The notes beneath the pieces are model-generated. The model made no database searches. It saw only the letters and a program-made list of their open reading frames with translations, and was not told the origin of the DNA. Positions 10,836-20,366 of a stretch of DNA of 64,000 nucleotides are shown here, piece by piece. A program made the position numbers and the translations under genes. Positions within the stretch are counted from its first letter, which is position 1, and every line of letters starts with the position of its first letter. The stretch is from an uncultured Verrucomicrobiae bacterium (GTDB taxonomy: Bacteria > Verrucomicrobiota > Verrucomicrobiia > Chthoniobacterales > Chthoniobacteraceae), in assembly GCA_963828525.1 (NCBI GenBank), contig CAWHEP010000004.1, positions 1-64,000 of the forward strand. Reading direction: 5' to 3'.

Positions 10836-10898
10836 CCATCTTGGTAATCCGTGGTTGAATCCACCATAAAAGCAAATTCGTCACAGTGTCGAATTTGC
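10836..10898 (+). repeat. Repeat C followed by palindrome family B, copy 4
   Basis: CCATCTTGGTAATCCGTGGTTGAATCC, then GCAAATTCGTCACAGTGTCGAATTTGC (10872-10898). Confidence 0.75.
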
Positions 10899-10991
10899 CA
10901 CCCGCTTCCTGATGGGCGTCGAGTCGCTCCTCCAATAACGAGGGAAAGGTCAGATTTCCTGTGAAAACTTTGCAAAACATGTCATTTCTCC

Positions 10992-11020
10992 TTGAATTCC
11001 CATCTGCGCTCCGCTAGCGT
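10992..11020 (+). promoter_or_regulatory. Sigma70-type promoter of PEP-CTERM gene 3
   Basis: TTGAAT-17 nt-TAGCGT within a leader homologous to 6666-6868. Confidence 0.6.
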
Positions 11021-11077
11021 GGGCGAGCCTCTCCCCAGGCCCTTCCCAATGCTCTTTCCCCAGGCCGTTTCCCACCC

Positions 11078-14000
11078 ATGACCACCCACTTGCGATCCAG
11101 CTTCTTCCTTAATTCCACCGCCGTAGCTCTGCTCTTCGTGAGCCAGCTTTAGTGCCATGCGGGTCAGCGCCGCTGACACCGCCGCCGTCGTGTCCACCTC
11201 CGGCACAGACCTTTCCGTCGGGACTGAATATACGCCTGCGATTACCGTTACCTCGGCGATCACGTCCGACGTGAAGTTTGTTGGCCCTTACACCGGCGCC
11301 ACCACATTCACCGTTAACGGTGCTGCGCTCTCCTTCGGAACACTGGATGACACCGATACTGCGGATGTCCTCACCATCACTAACTCCAACACCACGGCTG
11401 GCTCCATTACTCTTAGCTCTGTGGCTAACGCCACGGCTGGTTCGAATGCCGCCGATCTGCTCTTCGTAGCAGGGGGCGCCAACCTTACCCTCCAGAACGG
11501 CGCGGGAACGCTGACCCTTAATCTCAACAACACGGGCAATATCGACAGCGCGGGCGCGCTCACCTTGTCAGTGCCGATTACCGTACTCTCCGGGAAGACA
11601 GTGACCTTCACCGGTGCAGGTTCCACAAATCTGAATTTTGCTGGTATCGGCGCGCCAACCTCGAACCTGATCAATAGCACCGCGATCCTCAGTTTGGGTG
11701 GCGGCACACTCATCATCACCGGTTCTAGTGGAGGAAACAACGGCCAGTCATTCGCGAGCACAACCTTGATCGCAAACACATCGTCGGAACTGACCTTCGC
11801 TCAGGGCGGCGCCACCTCCCTCAGCGGAACTTTGGGAGCCATCACCCGTAACGCCGCCGCGATTCTCGACATCACCCTCCCCACTGCCGGTTCCGTCACC
11901 ACCACCAATGCCGGGGTGAATGGCGTGCTGACCAGCGCGGCGGGCACTGCCTTCGCGACAGTGAATGGCGGCTCCGCTTTCGCCTCGGGCGGACTCACCA
12001 TCGCTCCCGTTGTGCCTGTCCCTAGCGGCTATGGCACGACAGTTAATGCTGGCGTTGGCGTTGGCGACACCCCGTCCATCGGGATCGGAGCAAACACACT
12101 GACTTTCAGCGGCGCAGGAGACTCGGTTGCCTTCTCAGGGCTGAATACGATTACCACCGGGGGCATTCTTGTCGCTCCCACCGCAAGCGGCAGCAGCGTC
12201 ATCTCCAGCGGCACGATCCAAGCCGGCGCTGGCAAGGAGATCGTCGTCATCAACAACGAGCCGGCTGTTTCGGGTTCCCTCACCATTTCATCTGTGATCG
12301 CGGACAGCTCCAGCGGCAGTAGCGCTCTGACCCTTGGAGGCACCGGCGTCACCGTCCTGAGCGCGTCGAATACCTTCACCGGCCAAACCAACATCGTGCG
12401 CGGGACACTCGATCTGGCAAATGCGTCAGCGTTGCAAAACAGCGTGCTCCTGCAAAACGCCGGGACGACGCTGACCTTTGACGCGGCTGCGGGCACCGCG
12501 TTTTTCTTGGGTGGCCTGAGCGGTTCCGTCAATCTCCCTTCTACAAATACCGGGGGCGCGGCGCTCACGGCTCTGACGCTTGGCAATAACGCGGGGAACA
12601 ATCCCGGCTACTCCGGGGTCATTTCTGGCGCGGGCTTGACGCTCACCAAGATAGGCACCAACACCCAATCTCTCTCCGGTATTTCGACCTACACCGGCGC
12701 TACTACGGTTGCGGGAGGCATCCTGCAAATCAACGGGGGCAATATTAAAAGCAGTAGCGCTGTTACCGTCAACAGCGGCGCGTTTTTTGCAATCAACTTC
12801 GGCAACGGCGGCACTGCTGAAAGTAGTGAGATTAGTGTCGGAATCAGCGGCTCCGGCGGCTTCATCGACAACCAGGGCAATCCAAATGCAACCGTAACGT
12901 TGGACAAAGTTAACACCTACTCGGGCCCTACTGAAATCACTAACCGCGGTGTACTCAAAGTGCAGTTCGCCACCACCTACGATGGGAGCGGCAATCCGAC
13001 CGGTGGTTCCTTGGGCATTAACTCCGCATTGATCATAAGTAGTGGGAACGGCACGCTCTTTTTGAACGGGATCAACCAGCAGGTTGGCTCGCTTGCTTCA
13101 ACGGCAGGCGGTGCAGCGATCACCCTCGGCGGCGGTGGGGCTACGGGCGGGACCCTGACAACGGGAGGCGACAATACTTCAACCAACTTCACAGGAGTAA
13201 TTTCGGAGCAAGCTATCCCGGGATCGAATACAAACGGCGGCATTGGGGCGCTCAGCAGCACCGGTGGGGCCATCGTGAAGATCGGCACTGGCACCCAGAC
13301 GTTTTCCGGCCCCAATCTCTACGAAGGGTCAACGACAATCGCAGGCGGCGTCTTATCTGTAACTACTCTTGCGAACGGTGGGGTAGTCCACGACCGGCGG
13401 CAACGGCAGCGTCGCGAGCACGACGCTCACGGTTTCCAGCACGACAGGACTAGTTATCGGTGAGAGAGTGCAGGGAAATGGCGTGGTGTTCGACAATAGC
13501 TGCAACTGTTGCCACCGTGACCGCCATAAACGCGGGTTCGGTAACCCTTTCGGGGAACGTGAAGGTTCCAAACAGCACTCCCCTGTTTTTCGGCTTCACA
13601 AACGGCATTGGTATTTCCCCAAATATCGCCTCCAACCTCATCCTCGACAATGGCGCGTTGCGGTATCTCGGCGCTACGGTCGGTTCCACGGATCGCCTCT
13701 TCCAAATCGGGCGCGCCATTGATACGGCAGCCACGTCAGGGACCCTCGATTCCTCAAGCCCAACGGCCGACACGCTTACCTTTACCAATCCAGGCGCGAT
13801 CACTTATGGCTTGGCAAACCAGGCTGATACGCTCGGCCTTACGGGTAGCAACGGAGGCGCGAACACGCTGGACCCGGTGATCGGTAACAATGGCACAGCC
13901 GCAGTCAGTGTGGTCAAGAGCGGCTCGGGTTCATGGACGCTTGCTGGCTTCAATACTTACACAGGTCCCACTACGATTACGGGTGGTATTCTGAACGCCG

Positions 14001-14864
14001 GTGTTGCTTCAGTCGCGGGCGCCGGTGGCGCCCTTGGTCTCAACTCGGCTGTCGTCCTCTCCAACACGACAGGGGCGGCGCTCAATATCTCCGCGGCCAG
14101 CACGCAGATAGGCTCCGTCACCGGCGGCGGCGCGGCCGGCGGCAACGTAACTCTAGGCGCTCAGACCTTGACCGTCGGCGGCGACAACACCAGCCCGGCC
14201 GCTTACGCAGGCGTCATTTTAGGTTCCGGCAGCCTAAGCAAGATTGGCACCGGCGTTCAGACGCTGTCGGGCGAATAGCACTTACTCCGGCGCGACCTCC
14301 GTGATCGGTGGCGCCTTGCTGGTAACAGGTTCCCTCTCCAGCACCGCCTCCACCACAGTCGGAGTGTCGGGAACCTTGGGCGGAAGCGGCCTGGTGGCCA
14401 ACGCCGTAACCGTAAACGGCGCTGTAGCTCCCGGAGCGACCCAGACAACGGCTGGCACGACCCTCCACATCGGCACCGGTGTCACCTTTAACGACGGCAG
14501 CAACTTCGTGGTGAACCTGGACAACAACGCAAATGCCGGCGCGGGGGCGGCCGATCTTCTCGCAATCAATGGACCGCTCGCATTGAACGGCACGGACAAC
14601 CTCACGCTGAATGTCCTGAACGGCTCAACCCCGAACGGGGGCACCTACATCGTCGCTACATTCACTCCGAACTCGTTAGCAGGGGGCAGCACCAACTTCG
14701 TCCTTGATCCCACCTCAACCGCCGCCGGATATCAGGTCATTACGAACAACTCAGCCGGCAATGTCGAAATCCTTGCGATCCCCGAAGCCAGCACCACCGC
14801 CTCCATCTTGGGCGGCTTGGGAATCCTTGTAGTCTGCCAGCGCTTCCGCCGCCGCTCCGCGTAA
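11078..14864 (+). CDS. PEP-CTERM surface protein 3 with passenger-associated beta-strand repeats; a few frameshifts
   Basis: ATG at 11078 (MTTHLRSSFFLNSTAVALL), ORFs 11157-13463, 13460-14278 and 14244-14864; C-terminal IPEASTTASILGGLGILVVCQRFRRRSA. Confidence 0.85.
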
Positions 14865-14950
14865 TCCACACTGTAGCAGGGCGGGGGACGAGCAGACGCT
14901 GCATCCTCCCGCCACGCCCGCTCCTCGTCGCCAGCTTCCCCTCCTGCCTG

Positions 14951-15042
14951 GTTACCAGGTTGCACTTGGTAATGCCATTATCCCCGAAGTTCTGCCTCGT
15001 TACCAGTTGGTAATGCCATTATCCCCGAAGTTGCGCTTCGTC
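14951..15042 (+). repeat. Two tandem degenerate family A REP copies (6 and 7)
   Basis: GTTACCAGGTTGCACTTGGTAATGCCATTATCCCCGAAGT, then CTCGTTACCAGTTGGTAATGCCATTATCCCCGAAGTTGCGCTTCG. Confidence 0.75.
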
Positions 15043-15182
15043 TTCCTCCCCAGCTAGAGGAGCCTCCCGAATCGGCTCCCAGTTCGCGCCAACTCTGTGG
15101 CTAGGAGACGACCGAGCGCGAGGGCGGGAAGATGAAGCAGGTGTTTAAATGGGAGGATGTTCCGCGTGTCGCGCTTCGGGCG

Positions 15183-16166
15183 CTAGCTTGGCGAGGAAGC
15201 GGCAGGCGTCGCCAAGCCATCGGGTCGTGCCCAAATATAAGCAACAGCTCCTACCAGGCTCCAGACGACATAGATTAGAAATCCGGTGAGGGAAACGAGA
15301 ACGGCGACATCGGGCGGGACGTGTGAGAGATCGCCGAGAAGATTCTTGAACATCTCTTCCCGCAAGCCCAGCCCGCTGATGCTGACAGGAAGAGACGTCA
15401 CAAACGTGACGATCGGCATTATGGAAAAGATGTCCGCCAGGGAAATGCGAGCGTGGAACGCCTGGGACGCGCAATAGAATGTCCCAAAAAATGTGAATAG
15501 CACCGGTATGGAAAGCAGGACGGCGAGGAGGGATTGCACCCATGCCGAGGCAAAGAGTCGATAGGCCGACGCAATCTCGACAAGACCAGCCCGGCCAGGC
15601 AGGCCAGCAGGGAGCTTCTCGGCAACGCCGGGGCGCGCAAGAAAGAGCGAGATCCCGATGAAGAGAACCGATCCGCCGGAGAACATGAAAAGCAGGTACA
15701 ACAATCCTCGGGCGACCGGCGTCTGCGAAAGCCATTGATAGCGGAGCAGGACAAGCCCAAATGTGAAAGGAAGGAGGATCAGCAATCCCACGAGTCGATC
15801 CGCCAGGATTGTGAGCAGAATGGCAGCCTTTTGGTTCTGGCGCTCCTTAATCAGCAGGAACGCCTTGAGAACATCTCCCCCCGCCGTGCCTAACAGAAAA
15901 AGGCCGAAGAACACTCCTACCATGAACACCGCCGCGATGCGCGCCCAACTGGCTTTTACATTTTGCGCGCGAAGGAACAGACCCCAGCGGATTATATTGG
16001 CAACCTCTCCAATCCCTGAAACAAAAAGCCCGGCCATAATCCAAAGCGGATCGGCTTTATGCAACGCCGCCATCATGTTACGGCGCATTGATGGATCACG
16101 GAATATCCACGCCAGGACGGCAATGGTCACCAAAAGCTGCAAAGCTCGGAACAGGAATTTCTTCAT
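15183..16166 (-). CDS. Lysylphosphatidylglycerol synthase TM / flippase-like (UPF0104) membrane protein
   Basis: Multi-TM protein; RW..., GGDVLKA, DRLVGL and LPVSISGLGLRE motifs. Confidence 0.85.
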   Translation of the reverse strand: MKKFLFRALQLLVTIAVLAWIFRDPSMRRNMMAALHKADPLWIMAGLFVSGIGEVANIIRWGLFLRAQNVKASWARIAAVFMVGVFFGLFLLGTAGGDVLKAFLLIKERQNQKAAILLTILADRLVGLLILLPFTFGLVLLRYQWLSQTPVARGLLYLLFMFSGGSVLFIGISLFLARPGVAEKLPAGLPGRAGLVEIASAYRLFASAWVQSLLAVLLSIPVLFTFFGTFYCASQAFHARISLADIFSIMPIVTFVTSLPVSISGLGLREEMFKNLLGDLSHVPPDVAVLVSLTGFLIYVVWSLVGAVAYIWARPDGLATPAASSPS

Positions 16167-16204
16167 GGCAGGAGCGCTATACCAGCATTCCCCACGACTT
16201 GCGC

Positions 16205-16969
16205 CTACAAGCTGCTCCGCAGATCGTCAATGCGGCGCCGCAGCTTCGCCGAATTCATATACCGAGTCCGGATCGCCCACCAGATGCGGGCAAGCCCGGG
16301 GCCGATCAGCAGCCGTCTTTTCAGCGCGGTGATCACAGTCGGAGTCTCGTAGGCCCGCAGAAAGCTCAAGGCAAAAGGCAACCACTGCTCGTCGGAAAGG
16401 CGCCCTACCATATCTTGCAAGAACACCAGCAGATCGTTGGCGTGGCGTTCGTCGGGCGACAGACATTTCCGATGGACTACCTCGAAATCAATCAGTCGGG
16501 CCCTGTCAGCGGACTCGTCGTAAAGAAAGTTGGCCATGTGAGGATCACCGTGGGACCACGGGCCGCCGAGCTCCGGGCACCAGAGTTGATGAGCCCTGCG
16601 AAACTCATTGGCGGCGGCCACCAGCATGTTTATGGTCAACAGGCCAGCGTCGAGATGCTCAGACAGGCTCGCTCCTGGCAGCTTTTCGGTTCCGACCGCG
16701 CGAGGTCCATCCACAAACGCCACAAAGCCGTCCCCATTCAACAGCCGGAAACAGCTCACCTCCCACTGTTGCCAGTGATTTACCTCGCCCCAGACGTAGA
16801 CTGGGTTGTCGGCGCAGCGGAAGAATAGGTTCGCGCAATGCGCAATCTGCTGGCTGCACCGCCTCCGTCTTTTCACCCAGACCGAACGCCCATCGCGCAT
16901 CTCGTTCGAAATGTCATTGATCCTGATCGAATCAATTGCCGACGTGGCGGCGGCTAGCAATCGGCGCAT
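16205..16969 (-). CDS. Protein-kinase-like fold protein (APH/Kdo-kinase-like)
   Basis: VWVKRRR, HGDPHMANFLY and LIDFE motifs. Confidence 0.6.
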   Translation of the reverse strand: MRRLLAAATSAIDSIRINDISNEMRDGRSVWVKRRRRCSQQIAHCANLFFRCADNPVYVWGEVNHWQQWEVSCFRLLNGDGFVAFVDGPRAVGTEKLPGASLSEHLDAGLLTINMLVAAANEFRRAHQLWCPELGGPWSHGDPHMANFLYDESADRARLIDFEVVHRKCLSPDERHANDLLVFLQDMVGRLSDEQWLPFALSFLRAYETPTVITALKRRLLIGPGLARIWWAIRTRYMNSAKLRRRIDDLRSSL

Positions 16970-17019
16970 TCAGGCGAGTAGAACATGGTTCATGGAGAAA
17001 TACCAGCGCCCCAGCGGAA

Positions 17020-18144
17020 TCAGAAGTTCTCGATGAACTTTTTGTAGAACTCAACTCCTTGTTCCAGATCGGACACCGAGATCCACTCGTCCTCGGTGTG
17101 CGCCTGCGCGATTGAACCCGGACCCGCCGCCACGGCGGGGATGCCCGCCTGCGCGAAGATCGCCGCGTCGCAAAACCACGATGCCCCGCAACACTTCGCG
17201 CCAGAATGTTGGAGCGCGCGGATCATCGGGTGCGCGGGGTCGGTGAAGAGCGCCTTGGAGACCGCGATGTCCACCGTCACCGTGGGATCGATCCGCCGCA
17301 ATCTCGCAACCACGCTGGCTGCAAGCTCGTCCACATCCTGAGACGGCAGCGTCCGAAAATCCACTTCGACATGGCAGCAGTCGGGCACAATATTCACCTT
17401 GCTGCCACCCTGACAGGTGCCCACGTTGACCGTTGGCGATCCCAGGGAGGAATCAGAAATTGCCGCGAGTTCTGGCGCTACTTCATCGCGGATGAAGCGT
17501 ATGAGATCGGCCATTTTGTAAATGGCGTTCTCTCCGAGCTCCGGCGAGGAAGCGTGGCACGCTCTCCCATGCGTTGTGATGTTCATCCAGAGCGCCCCCT
17601 TGTGGATGTTCACCACCTGGAGGCTTGTGGGCTCCCCAATAACGGCAAAATCCGCCTTGTGTCTCGCGACGAAGTCGCGTGATCCATCCTGCCCCGACTC
17701 TTCGCTCATGAGTCCGGCAAACCAGATCTCGCGTGACAGGCCGGGGATTCTCGCGCGCATTTCATAGAGCGCCCATAACATCGCGGCCATCGACCCCTTC
17801 GTATCGCTCGCGCCGCGTCCGTAGATTTTCCCGTCGCGCAGTTCAGCGCCAAAAGGGTCGATCGTCATTCCTTGAGCGCTCACCGTATCGGTATGGGGGG
17901 CGAACACGATTCGCTCTTTTTTCTCCGGGGAAGAAGACGGGAACATTCCAATGACGTTCGGGCGTCCAGGCTTCACTTCCTCCATCACTACGCGCGCCCC
18001 GCAGGTCTCGAGGAACTGACCGACTGCCTCGGCGCACTCTTTCTCGCCTGTTCGCGTCGCGCCTGGGTTTCCCGAGGGGTTCACACTCGGTATGCGGATG
18101 AGGAGCCGCAGCAGTTCCGCTACGTTGGGCGGCGGCTCAGACAT
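17020..18144 (-). CDS. M20 family metallopeptidase (ArgE/DapE-like)
   Basis: HTDTV, GRGASDTKG, SEESG, IGEPT, AHTEDE motifs. Confidence 0.9.
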   Translation of the reverse strand: MSEPPPNVAELLRLLIRIPSVNPSGNPGATRTGEKECAEAVGQFLETCGARVVMEEVKPGRPNVIGMFPSSSPEKKERIVFAPHTDTVSAQGMTIDPFGAELRDGKIYGRGASDTKGSMAAMLWALYEMRARIPGLSREIWFAGLMSEESGQDGSRDFVARHKADFAVIGEPTSLQVVNIHKGALWMNITTHGRACHASSPELGENAIYKMADLIRFIRDEVAPELAAISDSSLGSPTVNVGTCQGGSKVNIVPDCCHVEVDFRTLPSQDVDELAASVVARLRRIDPTVTVDIAVSKALFTDPAHPMIRALQHSGAKCCGASWFCDAAIFAQAGIPAVAAGPGSIAQAHTEDEWISVSDLEQGVEFYKKFIENF

Positions 18145-18145
18145 A

Positions 18146-19103
18146 CTACGACAAGCTCTCTCGCGCCTCGCGAAACCATTCCACAAAACGGGGAATGCCT
18201 TCCGTCACCTTGGTGGATGGGCGATAGTTTAGGGTGTTTCGCCGCTTTTGTGATATCGGCGTATGTTAACGGGACGTCACCAGGCTGCTCGGGCCGCTGG
18301 TTGATGATCGCCGACTCTCCCGTTGCTGCCTCAATAAGCGCGATCAGCTCGGCCAGCGAGGTTGTCTGGCTCTCACCAAGGTTGAATATGTCGAATCGCG
18401 GCCCTTCATACGATAAACACGCCATGATTCCGTCCAGTATGTCGTCGATATAGGTGTAGTCGCGGCGTGTGGTGCCATCTCCGAACTGGTCGATCGATTT
18501 GCCCTCAAAGATGTTCCGGGTGAATTTGTGGATAGCAAGGTCGGGGCGCTGGCGAGGACCGTAAACGGTGAAAAACCGGAGGCAGATGCATCGCAGCCCA
18601 TAAAGAGCGGCAAAGTTCGAGCAAAACTGCTCCCCCGCCAGTTTTGTCGCCGCGTAAGGGCTGATGGTTTGGTCTATGCACATGTCCTCCCGGAACGGCG
18701 TCTCCTGAATGGTGCCGTACACAGATGAACTGGAGGCGAACACAAACCGGTCTACAGCATGCTCCCTGGCGGCTTCCAGCAGGTTGAAGGTGCCTTGGAT
18801 GTTCGTCTCGATATACAAACGCGGCTCCTGTATCGACGGGCGCACTCCGGCTCGTGCCGCGAGGTGGAACACGGTCTCGAACTTGCCTTCCGCGAAGACG
18901 CGCTCGACCGTCGCCACATCGCGGATATCTGCTTCAACGAGATTCACCTTGCCCGCCGACGCCTCCAAGTTCAACCGCTTTAGCCTGGGTTGATAGAAAT
19001 CATTGAAATCATCTACGACGGTTACAGTATGGGCCTCCCCGAGGAGCCGCTCCACCAGATGCGACCCGATAAAACCGGCGCCGCCGGTGACAAGAACATT
19101 CAT
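18146..19103 (-). CDS. NAD-dependent nucleotide-sugar epimerase (UDP-glucuronate 4-epimerase-like); C-terminal frameshift
   Basis: GGAGFIG, HLAARAGVRPS, ASSSSVYG, YAATK, RFFTVYGPRQRPDLA. Confidence 0.9.
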
Positions 19104-19223
19104 TAAGCGAGATTATGAGGAAACTTCCGGGACTTCCAAATAAATGTTCTGGCAAAACGCGCTCAGCACCGATATACGTTCTTCTAACAGCCCTTCCTCC
19201 CCTTGAATTAAGCAACTGATCCT

Positions 19224-19895
19224 ATGCCTGAAGACGATCCTTCAAACCCTCCAGCAATACCCATCGTCCCTAAAAAAGAGACCGTTCGCATCACTCTGCC
19301 GCCAAAGCCGATGGACTCGGGTCCCGCGAAACACGATACGGTGCGCATCGGTACAGTGGAGAGCCGGGGTGACGCTCCCAAAAAAGAGACGACCCGCATA
19401 GGGGCCTCAACTCCGGACGCCGACGTCACGCGTCAAATCACTCCGCCTCCCGCTCCGACCATGAAGCCTTTGTCCAGCACGCCGGCTACCCCCCCGCGCC
19501 CTCCATCCATGGCGCCCCGGCCTCCGACTCTGGGTGCAAAGCCGAGCATCGGCATTCGTCCTCCGGGAGCGTCCATCACCGCCCCGCTCGCCCCTATGCC
19601 ACCCGCAGGTTCGGACTCGGTGAAGCTCGGCGCTCCGAAAAAAGAGACTGCCAGGATCCAGGTGCCTCCTCAGCCGAAGCCCATGGTTCCCAAGGCCACG
19701 GTCAGAATGCCCAGTCCCGCGCCGATGCCCGTGGTTTCAGCTCCTCCCACCGCGATCGTGCCTATGACGACAAGTAACACTTTTGACGATCCTGAGCCTA
19801 TGATCGACTCACTTATCATCCCTCTCAGCGCCGGCGCGTTTGTGGTCTCATTGGTGTCTCTCGTGTTGTCCTACCTCGCGTATTCCGCCTCCTAG
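19224..19895 (+). CDS. Pro-rich disordered protein with repeated PKKETxRI motifs and a C-terminal TM anchor
   Basis: 223-aa ORF upstream of trxA, internal repeats, hydrophobic C-terminus. Confidence 0.75.
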   Translation: MPEDDPSNPPAIPIVPKKETVRITLPPKPMDSGPAKHDTVRIGTVESRGDAPKKETTRIGASTPDADVTRQITPPPAPTMKPLSSTPATPPRPPSMAPRPPTLGAKPSIGIRPPGASITAPLAPMPPAGSDSVKLGAPKKETARIQVPPQPKPMVPKATVRMPSPAPMPVVSAPPTAIVPMTTSNTFDDPEPMIDSLIIPLSAGAFVVSLVSLVLSYLAYSAS

Positions 19896-19899
19896 GGCG

Positions 19900-20229
19900 A
19901 TGGCAAGTTCGCGCGTTGTCACGCTTACCGACGCCAATTTCGACAGCGAAGTGGCTCAATCCTCCCAGCCCGTCCTTGTAGACTTCTGGGCGGAGTGGTG
20001 CAGCCCTTGCAAAATGCTGGCGCCCATTCTGGACGAGATCGCGGACGAAAGAGCGGGATCGATGAAGATCGGGAAGGTTAATGTGGATCAAAATTCGGGC
20101 CTTTCCGCCCGATTTTCGGTTCGATCCCTTCCCACGCTCATCCTTTTCAAGGATGGCGAGGTGATGGAACAAGTCGTCGGATCGGCCAGCAAGCGCGAGC
20201 TGATTTCAAAGCTGGAAGCTCTGGTATAG
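19900..20229 (+). CDS. trxA: Thioredoxin
   Basis: PVLVDFWAEWCSPCKMLAPILDE...KVNVD...SLPTL. Confidence 0.92.
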   Translation: MASSRVVTLTDANFDSEVAQSSQPVLVDFWAEWCSPCKMLAPILDEIADERAGSMKIGKVNVDQNSGLSARFSVRSLPTLILFKDGEVMEQVVGSASKRELISKLEALV

Positions 20230-20366
20230 GGGTTCGAGCCATCGGACGCGCTCGCGCCCGACGGTACGCCCCGGTTGCTTGGCGCTCAGGCAAAGTGAGC
20301 GGGGATTCACGCCTCTGACGGGGCGCGACTTCCTTCAACCATGTCCTGCCCGGAGGCAACGCCTGT

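Noticed and set aside
2178..14864. Diversity-generating retroelement (template/variable repeats)
   Set aside because: No reverse transcriptase in the window; differences between copies are mostly synonymous and not adenine-specific.
262..14864. Classical type V autotransporters
   Set aside because: No C-terminal beta-barrel; the proteins end in PEP-CTERM-type sorting signals.
14873..14947. GTAG-type REP after gene 3 (and at about 10552)
   Set aside because: It begins GTAGC and is loosely self-complementary, but the two candidates do not align well enough to call a family.
4504..15042. CRISPR array formed by the palindromic repeats
   Set aside because: Copies are irregularly spaced, occur in both orientations and enclose whole genes; no cas genes are present.
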